DNA of 64,000 nucleotides from Nitrospirota bacterium (lineage in GTDB: Bacteria > Nitrospirota > UBA9217), in the NCBI GenBank assembly GCA_963754875.1, contig CAVWHO010000008.1, forward strand, positions 128,001 through 192,000, given 5' to 3'. This document shows positions 32,264 to 43,300 of the stretch, in pieces. The position numbers and the translations under genes are program-made. Below the pieces are notes generated by a model that was not told where the DNA came from, searched no databases, and saw nothing but the letters and a program-made list of their open reading frames with translations. Positions within the stretch are counted from its first letter, which is position 1. Each line of letters begins with the position of its first letter.

Positions 32264-32504
32264 ACTTTTTTTCTCCTTTTCTTTAAGTTTTTTGAACCAC
32301 GATCCTGCAAACTACATTTGAATCTGTTGCTGAAAAATCTGGGTATGAATTGAATAATGCCTAGCCACGGTTCCGACTCGACCTTGTATCGGCATTCAGT
32401 GATTTACCGCTGACTTACTGCTCCGCGTGTATAACTCACAGAAGCCAACTTCGCCTGGTTTAATGACAAAATTATGTATAACTATTTAGTTGCGGTCATG
32501 TAGA

Positions 32505-32520
32505 TGCAACTCGAATGCCA
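32505..32520 (-). promoter_or_regulatory. sigma-54 -24/-12 promoter of decaheme copy 2
   Basis: TGGCATTCGAGTTGCA. Confidence 0.8.
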
Positions 32521-32537
32521 AGCAATAAATAACTTAA

Positions 32538-32621
32538 AATCAAATATTTAGCAGTATGTTTATATATGTGCAAATAGAATTTAGTACTTTTTCGCTCAGA
32601 CTTATTGTAGGTTTTCGCTCA
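32538..32621. promoter_or_regulatory. IHF site and two enhancer-like (UAS) boxes
   Basis: AATCAAATATTTA matches WATCAANNNNTTR; AGTACTTTTTCGCTCA (32583-98); TGTAGGTTTTCGCTCA (32606-21). Confidence 0.62.
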
Positions 32622-33581
32622 AGCCGCAAGTGTTGTCGCAATATATTGCAAAATATAGGTTTTTTTGCAATTTATAGTATGCATCCAACATGAATTGTGA
32701 ATCGATTGAAACTTCTCAGCAAGGTGAAAACCGTGACCACAGCTCTGCCGGAGACACGGCCTTCCCTCCGGCCTTTTTTATATCATTGGGAAAAACAACA
32801 CCTCAAAAAGTACCCTCTCCGATTGCTCTAAGCTAACTGTCCAAATGCAGAAGGCAGTTCAACTACACGCTCAAACCAATATGCAGCAGGCGAAAAATGG
32901 TACTACATCATTATGATCCCGCGTCGTCCGTCTTCTTCATATTTCCCATGCTTAGTATTTCTCCTTGATCCTTCTTTCAAAATGCGTTATTCTCACTACC
33001 AGAAAAATCACTACATCGGGAGAACAGTTGATAAATTTCCCCGTTTCGCCGAAAAATCTCTCGTAAAATTTAAACGCCGGGGGCAGTAGACAACTTAATC
33101 TTTACGTCTGACTGTTCGCATTAGCATCTGAAGGCGCACAGGTCATAGAGACCGAAACGGACGCAGGAAACACGGAAGTGACCCGGTAAACGCCGAAGCC
33201 GCCCGGCGTGATAATAGAAGAGGTCAATATCACTCCCGCTATTTTCATCAGTGCAAAAGCAGCAAAGCACTTGGCAGCCTTAAGTTGGATGTGGAGGAAC
33301 GAGCGCGCCCGCACTTGCGGAAACATCATGCGATCAAGAGCAGGCAATGTGATTCATACGATTTACTAACAGGTCTTTGTACGAGAAGTGCGGGCTCCAT
33401 AAAGTTCCTACGACAGCCGGCTTGACAGAGGCGCGTGCTTTACGGTGAAGAACGCCGGTAAGCCATGTGAAAGCGCACGCACGGTTTGATTGTTGGGAGT
33501 CTTTGCGGAGAGAGTTGGTCGTATTGATCAGCCCCCCTCTCATGTAAAATTCTCTCGTGCACGGTTAAAAGGAGAAGACAA

Positions 33582-36575
33582 ATGCGGGGAAATGGCCGAA
33601 CCCTGTTCTTTTTTATTTTTACTGCTTCCGGATTTGCCGGGCTCATCTACGAATCCATCTGGTCGCACTACTTGAAGCTTTTTCTCGGCCATGCTGCCTA
33701 TGCTCAGACCCTGGTGCTCACCGTATTCATGGGCGGCATGGCGCTCGGCTCCTTGCTCTGCGCGCACTACTCGAAACGATGGGGCAACCTGCTCCTCGGT
33801 TATGCACTGGTAGAAGCGATCATCGGCATCTGCGCAGTGCTCTTTCATCCGCTCTATGTTCAATTTATCGAACTGGCGTATACGAAATTGATCCCCGGTC
33901 TTGGATCGCCTGCCGCGGTAACGATCTTCAAGTGGACAACGGCAAGCCTGTTCATCCTTCCTCAGTCAATCCTTCTCGGCATGACCTTTCCCCTCATGAC
34001 TGCAGGCGTCATTAGACGGTTTCCACAGAACGTCGGTGCAACTGTTGCCATGCTTTACTTCACGAACAGCATCGGGGGCGCCGTAGGCGTCCTTGCCGGC
34101 GGATTTCTTTTCATCGCCTGGTGGGGACTCCCGGGCACGCTGGGCATAGCAGGTGTCATCAACATTGTCGTGGCAGCGATCGTCTGGCGGAACGTTCGTG
34201 GGGACAAGCCCCTTGCCCAGCAAACAGCGAAGACGGTTGAGAGCGGCACCGATGTTGGCACGGCCTATACCTATCGGGCGCTGCTCGGAGTGGCGCTTCT
34301 GACCGGCCTATCGTCATTCATCTATGAGATCGGCTGGATACGCATGCTAAACCTGGTCCTGAGCAGTTCCACCCATGCTTTCGAACTCATGCTGTGCGCC
34401 TTTATTACGGGACTCGCATTGGGAGGTTTGTGGATACGGCGCCGCATCGATGGCTTACAGCAGCCTGTCCGGCTCCTTGCCTTTGTGCAGATGGCCATGG
34501 GGGTGCTGGCATTGGCAACCCTGCCCCTCTATGGGCATACCTTTGAGTTCATGGCGTGGCTTATCGGCAACTTGGAAAAATCCGCCCTGGGGTATGCCGC
34601 TTTCAACATAGCAAGCAACAGCATAGCACTGGTCATCATGTTGCCCGCCACCTTCTGCGCAGGAATGACCCTGCCGCTTATCACCGCTATCCTGCTTCGC
34701 GGCGGACAGGGCGAAAAAAGCATCGGTGCGGTTTACGCATTCAATACCATCGGGTGCATCATCGGCATTTTTATTGCCGTGCACGTTGCGATGCCTATGC
34801 TCGGGCTTAAAGGGATGCTCGGCCTTGGCGCCGGCATAGACATCGCGCTGGGTCTGGCGCTCGCCTGGTGGGTCTTCCCCTCGGCCCGCATTCCGGCAAT
34901 AGCAACGGCAGTGGGCGCCGCAGTGCTCCTGATCGCCATGACCGGTGTTACCTTCGAACAGAACAAGATGGCCTCGGGAGTCTATCGCTCAGGTGTTTTG
35001 CTCGATCCCGGGAAAGATGTCGTTGTTTACCATCACGATGGCAAGACTGCCACAGTCTCCGTAACGAAAACCGGCCCCTTCCTTACCATCAAGACGAACG
35101 GCAAATCCGATGCGAGCATCAGTTTGTCCGCTGAAAGTAACTTATACGACGATGAGTCTACCCAAATCATGCTTGGCGCCATGCCGCTTGTATTGCATCC
35201 GCATGCCAAGACGGCCGCGGTCATCGGCTGGGGATCCGGTATGACGACCTCAGCCCTCTTAAGTACACCGCAGCTCGCTCGTGTGGATTCCGTGGAGATC
35301 GAGCCGACCATGATTAAAGCCGCCATGCTCTTTCGTCCCCGCGTGGACCGTGCTTACATGGACACCCGAAGTCATATTCACATCGAAGATGCCAAGACCT
35401 TTTTTTCTCTTTACCACCAGAAATATGACATCATTGTTTCGGAGCCTTCCAACCCATGGGTCAGCGGCGTGGCAGGCCTTTTTTCAAAGGAGTTCTACAA
35501 AAGGATAAAGGACCATTTGCACGAAGACGGGCTGCTGGTCCAGTGGCTGCAGCTGTATGAGATCGACATGCCCCTTGTGGCCTCGGTATTCGATGCGCTT
35601 TCCTCCCAGTTCTCCGACTACGCCGTCTACGTCACGGACGATGCCGATATCATCATTCTTGCGCGTCCTTCGGGCGCGATTCCCGGGCCCGATCCGGCGG
35701 CAGTGAGCGCGAAGGGGCTTTCGAACGAATTGAAACGGGTCGGGATCAATGGTCTTCAGGACATTCTCGTCCGCAGAATCGGAAATAAACGCGCCCTGCA
35801 GCCTCTGTTCGACAGCTACAATGTACCGGCCAATTCCGATTACTACCCCCTGCTGGATCTTTATGCTGCCCGCGCGCTGTTTATGAAGACTACAGTAAAT
35901 GACCTTACGAATAATCCGGGTTTACAACTTCTGCCTGCCGTGGAGATGCTCGGACAGGAGCCGGAAAACCTGAAAAACGCAGAAATAAGCGATGCGGCTT
36001 TTAAGCGGTCGGCCAAAATCCATCTCGCGAACATGTTGTACGGATATATACTATATGGCCGCCCCTGGAAATTGGATCTTCCAGATGGGCGTTCGGCCGA
36101 GGATCTGCAACAATACGCGGATAACGTCAGGCAGGAGCTATCGGGTTGTTCCGGGAAAATGTCCTCTGACGACTGGTGGGATGGGACGTTCTACATTATG
36201 GCTCAGTGCATCTTGCCCTATTCATCGCCCGATCAATTGGCGCGCTTCTGGCAGAGGGCTGAATCTTCTTCCTGTTGGTCGCAGATATCTCCGTCTCAGC
36301 AGGACTTTGTAAAGCTGCTCAAGGCCGTGGACGGCCGAAATGCACCGATGATGGCTCAAACCGCTCGCATCCTCCTGGAAGAAATGCCCAGGGTTCATCC
36401 GGTACTCGAAGGATACATTCTGGCTGCCGGCATGCTGGGCGAACTTTCCCGTGGGAAAAAACAGGCAGCGCATGCATTATGGGAACAATACAGAAACCGC
36501 TTGAACGCAGAAAACTCGCAGACATTGCTGATGCGCCTGCTCGTCGCTCATGCCGAAAAAAATGCCCAAAAATGA
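33582..36575 (+). CDS. Fused MFS-like membrane domain / spermidine synthase-like protein
   Basis: Many TMs (SGFAGLIYE..W repeats), then AVIGWGSGMT, VEIEP, EDAK, DIIVSEPSNPW. Confidence 0.85.
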   Translation: MRGNGRTLFFFIFTASGFAGLIYESIWSHYLKLFLGHAAYAQTLVLTVFMGGMALGSLLCAHYSKRWGNLLLGYALVEAIIGICAVLFHPLYVQFIELAYTKLIPGLGSPAAVTIFKWTTASLFILPQSILLGMTFPLMTAGVIRRFPQNVGATVAMLYFTNSIGGAVGVLAGGFLFIAWWGLPGTLGIAGVINIVVAAIVWRNVRGDKPLAQQTAKTVESGTDVGTAYTYRALLGVALLTGLSSFIYEIGWIRMLNLVLSSSTHAFELMLCAFITGLALGGLWIRRRIDGLQQPVRLLAFVQMAMGVLALATLPLYGHTFEFMAWLIGNLEKSALGYAAFNIASNSIALVIMLPATFCAGMTLPLITAILLRGGQGEKSIGAVYAFNTIGCIIGIFIAVHVAMPMLGLKGMLGLGAGIDIALGLALAWWVFPSARIPAIATAVGAAVLLIAMTGVTFEQNKMASGVYRSGVLLDPGKDVVVYHHDGKTATVSVTKTGPFLTIKTNGKSDASISLSAESNLYDDESTQIMLGAMPLVLHPHAKTAAVIGWGSGMTTSALLSTPQLARVDSVEIEPTMIKAAMLFRPRVDRAYMDTRSHIHIEDAKTFFSLYHQKYDIIVSEPSNPWVSGVAGLFSKEFYKRIKDHLHEDGLLVQWLQLYEIDMPLVASVFDALSSQFSDYAVYVTDDADIIILARPSGAIPGPDPAAVSAKGLSNELKRVGINGLQDILVRRIGNKRALQPLFDSYNVPANSDYYPLLDLYAARALFMKTTVNDLTNNPGLQLLPAVEMLGQEPENLKNAEISDAAFKRSAKIHLANMLYGYILYGRPWKLDLPDGRSAEDLQQYADNVRQELSGCSGKMSSDDWWDGTFYIMAQCILPYSSPDQLARFWQRAESSSCWSQISPSQQDFVKLLKAVDGRNAPMMAQTARILLEEMPRVHPVLEGYILAAGMLGELSRGKKQAAHALWEQYRNRLNAENSQTLLMRLLVAHAEKNAQK

Positions 36576-36706
36576 AAAAAATACTGCGGCCACGCTTCTT
36601 CTATCTACGACACCTGCGGCGCGTATTGTACGTTTCAAGAGTTTTCGTATTTAGGTGTTCTGGCGAGGAAATGGAAACATGACTTGCTCCTCGAATCCGT
36701 TGGAGA

Positions 36707-38236
36707 CTACTTTACCAGGCCGAAGAATTCCTTGATTTTAGAGAGCATCTTTCTCGAAACGTCTTTCTTTCGCCGTTCAAGCGCCGATGCGTCGAGCCGT
36801 TCGTGCTCGGCATCGAGACTGGCCTGGCGCTCCGAGAGAATGCGACTGAGAGATTCAGCAATGGAAGGATTATTGGCGAGCGTGGAACCGAAACTGTCTT
36901 TGTCAATGACTATGAATTCGGCATCTTCTTTCACGTGAATGCTGGCAGTACGAACAGCGCCGGTAAGCAGACTCATTTCTCCGAAGAAGTTGCTTGGGCC
37001 CAAGGCGGCCACGACTGCGGTCTCTCCGGATGATTTCTCAACAACTACATTCACACTCCCGCTCTTGATGATATAGAACGAGTCTCCGGGATCCCCCTGC
37101 CGAACCGGGACCTCCCCTGTTGAGTAGGTCTCCACTCTTACATCTTTTACCAGTTTAGCGAGTTCCGCTTTGGAAAGAGGCGAGAATATCTCCACACCTT
37201 CCATCAGCACCATGACTTCGCCGTCTCGCCGATCCTGATTGGCCCGAATACTCTCAGGAGTTACGTGACTGACGTTGACGTTTCTGATCGGCATGGGGAT
37301 GTCAATCCCATTCCGCTTGAAGCGGTACCAGATCAGGTGCATGATGTCTGCGGCGATGTCGATATGACGCGAAAAATCGTCGATACAATATCTCATTTCA
37401 TAGTGGATCGAAAAGTCTCCGTACTGTATCAGACGAACAATCGGCTCAGGCAACTTGCTTACGCCTTCTACGGATGAGAGCACGTCCAGGATTACCTTTC
37501 TCACTTTGTTGGGCGGAACCAAATAACTCACGCCGACCGATAGTTTTCTCACGTGAAGCGTGTTTTGAAGGCTGTAATTCACGACCGCTTCACTCAAGAC
37601 CTTGCTGTTCGGGATGAACACTTCATTGTGGTCCATCGTCATGATCCGTGTCGAACGCAGTGTAATGTCCATGACTCGGCCCTCATGCCCGCCGGCGGAT
37701 ATCCAGTCGCCTTGTCTCAGAGGTTTTTCGAGATGGATAGTGAGGCCCGCCAGCATATTCGCCAGTGTGCTCTGAAACGCTAAACCTATTGTCGCTGTCA
37801 AGACGGTCGTGGTCGCGATAAGCGACGTAACATTAATGTCCAGAATTTCCTTGAGCAGGACCAAAGCAACAACGATGATCACCATGGTCGTGATGATGTT
37901 CTTGAACGCAGCCGGAAAGCTGCCTTGCTTCCATCGGACAACAAAGAGGTCACCGTACACGTAGAGGCCAAGCCGGAGAACTGCGAAGGTAAACACGAGC
38001 CAGGAGAAAAAATTCATCTGGCGGGAAAGTCCTGGATGGGTCTCAGCGGCCCCGAGGTGCAGGAATATCTGGAAGGACAGGAACAGCGCTATGAGCTTGA
38101 GACCCGTACCAATGGGCTTTAACAGGGCCGACTTCTTCGAAAGAAACCCTAGGGAGATGTGGCTACCGACATAAATGAGCACGCTGAGGACCAAGGCCCA
38201 TGAGAGGGACGCGGTGAGATCACTTATGATTTTCAT
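36707..38236 (-). CDS. MscS-family mechanosensitive channel with C-terminal cyclic-nucleotide-binding domain
   Basis: IGLAFQSTLANMLAG, GDWI, VFIPNS; RQGDPGDSFYII, FFGEMSLLTGAVRTA. Confidence 0.9.
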   Translation of the reverse strand: MKIISDLTASLSWALVLSVLIYVGSHISLGFLSKKSALLKPIGTGLKLIALFLSFQIFLHLGAAETHPGLSRQMNFFSWLVFTFAVLRLGLYVYGDLFVVRWKQGSFPAAFKNIITTMVIIVVALVLLKEILDINVTSLIATTTVLTATIGLAFQSTLANMLAGLTIHLEKPLRQGDWISAGGHEGRVMDITLRSTRIMTMDHNEVFIPNSKVLSEAVVNYSLQNTLHVRKLSVGVSYLVPPNKVRKVILDVLSSVEGVSKLPEPIVRLIQYGDFSIHYEMRYCIDDFSRHIDIAADIMHLIWYRFKRNGIDIPMPIRNVNVSHVTPESIRANQDRRDGEVMVLMEGVEIFSPLSKAELAKLVKDVRVETYSTGEVPVRQGDPGDSFYIIKSGSVNVVVEKSSGETAVVAALGPSNFFGEMSLLTGAVRTASIHVKEDAEFIVIDKDSFGSTLANNPSIAESLSRILSERQASLDAEHERLDASALERRKKDVSRKMLSKIKEFFGLVK

Positions 38237-38378
38237 AGGAGCTCCCTTGCACGGAGTCGTAACAGAGAACAAGATGCAGTCGAAAGAACTCAGGTTGAAC
38301 GCGAATTGACGGAGGGCACGAAGAAAGCTTGACAATTCTTTGAGGTCTTTTTGCCCGTGTCCTTTTCGCTTCTCCGGT

Positions 38379-38963
38379 TCATTTCTTCATCAGCATTGTA
38401 TTGATCTCTCCCCACAGTTCCTTCATGCCGAGTCCGCTTTTCGCAGACGTAAGGATCAACGGTCCTGTGAGGTCCAGTTCGGCGCTGACGGCCCGCCTCG
38501 CCCGCTCCGTCTCCTGCCGGTTCAGCTTGTCCGACTTGGTCAAAGCGTATATTGCCGGCAGGTCAAACTGCCGCAGCCATTCGATAAGCCGCGCGTCGCG
38601 CTCGTCCGGCGTTCGCCTGCTGTCGAGAAGCACCACGACCGCGGCGAGGCGGGGGGAGTTTTTCAAATAGCCTTCGATCATGGGCGCCCAGGCGTCGGTC
38701 ACGGCCTGCGGGACGCGCGCATATCCGTAGCCGGGAAGGTCAACGAAGTAGAATGAATCGTTAATGATGAAAAAGTTTATGAGCTGGGTCTTCCCAGGTG
38801 TCGCGCTGGTCTTCACGAGGTTTTTGCGGTGAAGCAGTGCATTGAGGACCGAGGATTTTCCCACATTCGAGCGGCCGGCGATAGCTATCTGCGGTTTCCC
38901 ATCTCTCGGGAACTGCTTCGGCCCCGGCGCACTGACGACGAATTCGGCAGAAAGGATTTTCAT
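38379..38963 (-). CDS. engB: Ribosome biogenesis GTPase EngB/YihA
   Basis: AGRSNVGKSS, TPGKTQ, DLPGYGY, TKSDK. Confidence 0.95.
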   Translation of the reverse strand: MKILSAEFVVSAPGPKQFPRDGKPQIAIAGRSNVGKSSVLNALLHRKNLVKTSATPGKTQLINFFIINDSFYFVDLPGYGYARVPQAVTDAWAPMIEGYLKNSPRLAAVVVLLDSRRTPDERDARLIEWLRQFDLPAIYALTKSDKLNRQETERARRAVSAELDLTGPLILTSAKSGLGMKELWGEINTMLMKK

Positions 38964-39075
38964 GGATTCGGAAGACAAAAGCCAGTTTCCGGACTCCGGG
39001 CTAAAAAAAAGATGCAAGATTACGATTTCGAATCCTGCATCTTTAATTTTATCGTCGGATTCCGTTCTCGGACAG

Positions 39076-40320
39076 CTACGCTATTTTTTCGTAGACGAGC
39101 AGGGGGTCGGCCCCTTCGATGATCACTTCTTCGTTGATTACGCACTCCCTGATGCCCGGCTGCGACGGTACGTCGTACATCACGTTCAGCATCACGTCCT
39201 CGAGTATCGCCCGGAGACCGCGTGCGCCCGTCTTTCTGGTGATTGCCTTCTTGGCAATCGCGTTCATGGCGCCTTCAGTAAAGCGCAGCTTGCACCCTTC
39301 CAGGGCGAGCAGCTTTATGTATTGTTTGGTCAACGCGTTCTTGGGCCGCGTAAGGATATCGATGAGAGCATGCTCATCGAGCTCTTCGAGCGTGGCCACC
39401 ACCGGCATCCGCCCGATGAATTCAGGGATGAGGCCGTACTTCAACAGGTCTTCGGGCTGGAGCGCTGCTAGCGTTACACTCAGCTTCCGGTCCTGTTTGC
39501 TCTGGATATCGGCGCCGAAGCCCATGGTCTTTTTGCCGACTCGCTGTTCGATGATCGATTCGATCCCCACGAAGGCCCCCCCGCAAATGAACAGGATGTT
39601 CTTGGTGTCCACCTGGATGAACTCCTGGTGGGGATGCTTGCGGCCGCCCTGGGGCGGGACGCTTGCCACCGTTCCTTCTATCAGTTTGAGGAGCGCCTGC
39701 TGGACGCCCTCCCCTGATACGTCTCGGGTAATCGAGGGACTTTCGGACTTGCGACTGATCTTATCGATCTCATCGATGTACACGATTCCGCGCTGGGCCC
39801 GTTCAACATCGTAGTTCGCGCTCTGGAGAAGTTTGAGGATGATGTTCTCCACGTCTTCTCCCACATAGCCGGCCTCGGTAAGCGTCGTGGCATCGGCGAT
39901 CGTGAAGGGTACATCAAGAATGCGCGCCAGGGTCTGGGCAAGCAGCGTCTTGCCGACGCCCGTCGGTCCAATCAGCAGGATATTGCTTTTCTGCAGCTCC
40001 ACCTCGTCGCCGATTTCCTGCTGGATGCCGATCCTTTTATAATGATTATGTACGGCCACGGACAGGATCTTCTTGGCCCGTTCTTGGCCGATTACGTACT
40101 CGTCGAGGGAGCGTTTGATTTCGGAAGGCTTCGGCAGGCGCGGTATCTTGGCCTCTTTTGCCTCCTCCCACTCCTCTGCGATGATCTCGTTGCACAGGTC
40201 TACGCACTCATTGCAGATGAACACCGAAGGCCCCGCAATGAGCTTTTTCACTTCTTCCTGCCCCTTGCCGCAAAACGAACATTTGAGGGGCGCCGTGTGT
40301 TGTTCTTTTTTCTCAGTCAT
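39076..40320 (-). CDS. clpX: ATP-dependent Clp protease ATPase ClpX
   Basis: CSFCGK zinc finger, [26 protein letters not shown]. Confidence 0.98.
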   Translation of the reverse strand: MTEKKEQHTAPLKCSFCGKGQEEVKKLIAGPSVFICNECVDLCNEIIAEEWEEAKEAKIPRLPKPSEIKRSLDEYVIGQERAKKILSVAVHNHYKRIGIQQEIGDEVELQKSNILLIGPTGVGKTLLAQTLARILDVPFTIADATTLTEAGYVGEDVENIILKLLQSANYDVERAQRGIVYIDEIDKISRKSESPSITRDVSGEGVQQALLKLIEGTVASVPPQGGRKHPHQEFIQVDTKNILFICGGAFVGIESIIEQRVGKKTMGFGADIQSKQDRKLSVTLAALQPEDLLKYGLIPEFIGRMPVVATLEELDEHALIDILTRPKNALTKQYIKLLALEGCKLRFTEGAMNAIAKKAITRKTGARGLRAILEDVMLNVMYDVPSQPGIRECVINEEVIIEGADPLLVYEKIA

Positions 40321-40324
40321 ACGT

Positions 40325-40930
40325 TTACTTCTCCTTCGCAGCGCGGGACACTTTTTTGGCAATGACCTCGTCTACAATTCCGTACGTTTTTGCGTCCTCG
40401 CCTGACATAAAGAAATCACGATCCGTGTCGGTCCGGATCTTGTCGAGCGGCTGGCCGGTATGGTTCGCCAGGATGGTGTTCAGGGTGTCCTTCATGTTCA
40501 GGATCTCCCGGGCATGGATCTCGATGTCCGTGGCCTGGCCCTGGAAACCGCCCATGGGCTGATGGATCATGATGCGGGCATGGGGCAGGGAAAACCGCTT
40601 GCCCTTCGTGCCCGCAGCCAAAAGGAGGGCGCCCATGCTCGCCGCCTGCCCGATGCAAATGGTCGAGACCGAGGACTTGATGTAGTTCATGGTGTCGTAG
40701 ATCGCAAGGCCTGCCGTAACAACGCCGCCCGGCGAATTGATATAAAGGTAAATGTCCTTATCAGGATCATCGGCCTCCAGGAAGAGGAGCTGCGCGATCA
40801 CAGTGTTTGCAACGATGTCATCGATTGCCGTCCCGAGGAAGATGATCCTGTCCTTCAGGAGGCGGGAATATATATCGTACGCCCGCTCACCGCGGCTTGT
40901 TTGTTCTACAACAATGGGAATTAATGACAT
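40325..40930 (-). CDS. clpP: Clp protease proteolytic subunit
   Basis: [32 protein letters not shown]. Confidence 0.98.
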   Translation of the reverse strand: MSLIPIVVEQTSRGERAYDIYSRLLKDRIIFLGTAIDDIVANTVIAQLLFLEADDPDKDIYLYINSPGGVVTAGLAIYDTMNYIKSSVSTICIGQAASMGALLLAAGTKGKRFSLPHARIMIHQPMGGFQGQATDIEIHAREILNMKDTLNTILANHTGQPLDKIRTDTDRDFFMSGEDAKTYGIVDEVIAKKVSRAAKEK

Positions 40931-40957
40931 GATTTCTCCTCGTCTTTGTTCTTCGAT

Positions 40958-42242
40958 TCAATTATAACTCTTCTTTGCCCGGGAAAGCAAGAGACTGAGA
41001 GTCTTTTCCCGCATCAGCGAGGACCGTAAGGTTATCGAGTCCGCCGTCGAGCGATTCGTAGTATTTCTTTGACCGCTTCAGCCGTCTGTCCGGAGCTGCG
41101 GGCCATGACCGCGATCGCTGACGTGACTTCCTGGTCGGTCACGTCGATATTTTCTTTCTCTGCTATCACATCGAGCAGCAGAATGCCCTTCACGCGCTTT
41201 TCCGCCAACGGTTTGTTCTCATCGCTGAATTTTGCGAAGTCAAAGGTCTTCACGTCAACACCCTGGCGCGCCAGGCGCGTCGCATGCGACCGCGCCATGG
41301 ACTGGAGTTCCCGATCCACCATGCCCGGCGGAATGTCGAAAGTATGGGCATCTACGACTTTCGAAAGCAGTTCTTCGCGCTGTTCAGAAGCCTGGTCGTT
41401 TTTCTTCCGGTATTCGATGTCTTTTTTGATCCCCTCTTTGAGCTCATCTACCGACGCGTTGTTGCCGATGTCCTTCGCGAACTCGTCGTTCAGCTCGGGC
41501 AGCACCTTCTTTTTGATCTCCTTCAGCGTGACGGTAAAGGTTGCGTCCTTTGCCGGCCAAGTCCTTGTTGGTGTAATCAGCCGGAAACGTGACCTTGATC
41601 TCCCGTGTGTCGCCGCGGTTCATGCCCACAATCTGGTCCTCGAACCCGGGGATCAGGGAATTCGAACCGAGGGACAGCATATAATCCGCGGCCTTGGCGC
41701 CCTCTATGGTCTTGCCCTCGCGGAACCCCTCGAAATCGATGATTGCAGTGTCGTTTTTCTCGAGCGGACGGCCTTCTACAACCTCGAGCTGGGCATACAT
41801 CTCGCGTAAGCGGTCGACGGTCTGGTTGACCTCTTCGTCGGTTACCGAGACGGCCGTTTCCTTCACTTCGATGCCGTCATAGGTGCCGAGTTCAATGTTC
41901 GGCCGGACTTCGACGGTGGCCGTGAAGGTAAGCGGTGAACCTTTGGCAAAGCGTCGATACCTTGTCGATCTCGGGCATATCAACAGGATTCAAATGATGC
42001 TCCTGGATCGCCTTCAGATAGGATTCGGTGACGAGCCGGTGCACAACCTCGTTCCTCACTTCGTCGCCGTAGTGCCTCTCGACAATGTTCTTCGGCGCCT
42101 TACCGGGACGGAATCCCGGGATTTTTGCTTTCTTTCCAACGTCCACAAGTGCCTTGTCGAACTCTTTGGCCACTTCATCGGGCGCGAGTTCGATAGTTAG
42201 TTTTTTCTTTACCGTAGTAATATCTTCTATAAGAGATTTCAT
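40958..42242 (-). CDS. tig: Trigger factor (about four frameshifts)
   Basis: IPGFRPGKAP, FKBP-like IPGFEDQIVG and C-domain split across frames; breaks near 41950, 41550, 41070, 41030. Confidence 0.92.
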
Positions 42243-42352
42243 TTTTTACCGCCTTTTTAAAAGGGTCTGTATCTATATAGTTTCCCGCGAACAATGATCC
42301 GGCAAGTTTTGTTTTGCACTCCAAGCCCCACACAGAATGAGATAATTAATAT

Positions 42353-42435
42353 TGGTGCGAGAGGGGGGACTTGAACCCCCACGGTCACCCACTGGCTTCT
42401 AAGACCAGCGCGTCTGCCAGTTCCGCCACTCTCGC
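42353..42435 (-). tRNA. tRNA-Leu(TAG)
   Basis: GCGAGAG/CTCTCGC acceptor, CTGGT-CTTAGAA-GCCAG, long variable arm, CCA. Confidence 0.93.
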
Positions 42436-42524
42436 AGTCATGATAAAAAGAAAGCAGTGAGCATTGTGCAGCATCCCGCTCAACGGATTCCTGCCCATTA
42501 CCCACTGCTCCCTGATTTTTGTTA

Positions 42525-42600
<76 letters not shown>

Positions 42601-42724
42601 GTAAGTACTGAGAGTTCCACGTGCAAAGCGGCTACATTATACTTATCTTTGTATCTGGATGCAACAAAAAATTAAAAGCGAAGAGAAATATTTGAGGGAC
42701 TTTAGCTCTTCAGTTGTAATGATA

Positions 42725-42801
42725 TGGTGCGCCCGGCGGGAATCGGACCCACGACCTTTGGCTTCGGAGGCCAACGCTCTATCCAGCTGAGCTACGGGCG
42801 C
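42725..42801 (-). tRNA. tRNA-Arg(CCG)
   Basis: TTGGC-CTCCGAA-GCCAA; T-loop reads TCCGA instead of TTCGA. Confidence 0.9.
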
Positions 42802-42814
42802 ATGCAAAAACAAA

Positions 42815-42900
42815 CTCCGACGGACGATAGATGACTCTCGCTCCGCTCGTCAGGATGACAGACGATAATTCGTCCATCTTCCCTCGTTTCTTTCGTTGCT
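42815..42900. repeat. Heptamer-based palindromic interspersed repeat
   Basis: Reverse complement CGTCTGTC..GAGCGGAGCGAGAGTCATCTATCGTCC resembles CGTCCATC..GAGCTGAGCGAGCGGTCGTCCATCGTCC at 18114-18160. Confidence 0.55.
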
Positions 42901-42901
42901 T

Positions 42902-42932
42902 CATTTTTGGTGCGCCCGGCAGGAGTCGAACC
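42902..42932 (-). repeat. Direct repeat of the tRNA-Arg(TCG) 3' end (att-like)
   Basis: 31 bp identical to 43084-43114. Confidence 0.9.
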
Positions 42933-43089
42933 ATGCAGCCGTCGCCCGTAAAGGGCTCCCCAGAGAGGGCCTGCCCCCTCTGGTCTCTCCCCCGAATCGC
43001 AGGGGAGTCTCTCCCCTGCACCCCTCAGGCCGCAGGAGAACGACATGAATAGTTGCAGCCGAACGCTATGCTCACTTTCGTTGCATTTT

Positions 43090-43166
<77 letters not shown>

Positions 43167-43223
43167 AGTTACTGTCCTCAGAAAAACTGAGACGGCCGCA
43201 TTGGCCGTCTCTCTATAAGAAAA

Positions 43224-43300
43224 TGGGGTGAGCGACGGGGCTTGAACCCGCGGCCACCAGGGCCACAACCTGGAGCTCTACCAACTGAGCTACGCCCACC
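43224..43300 (-). tRNA. tRNA-His(GTG) with G-1
   Basis: CCAGG-TTGTGGC-CCTGG; C discriminator; CCA. Confidence 0.95.

Noticed and set aside
32780..33581. Possible gene or ncRNA in the long spacer after the island
   Set aside because: Only short interrupted frames (e.g. MGNMKKTDDAGS then stop on the minus strand) and no convincing structure or motif
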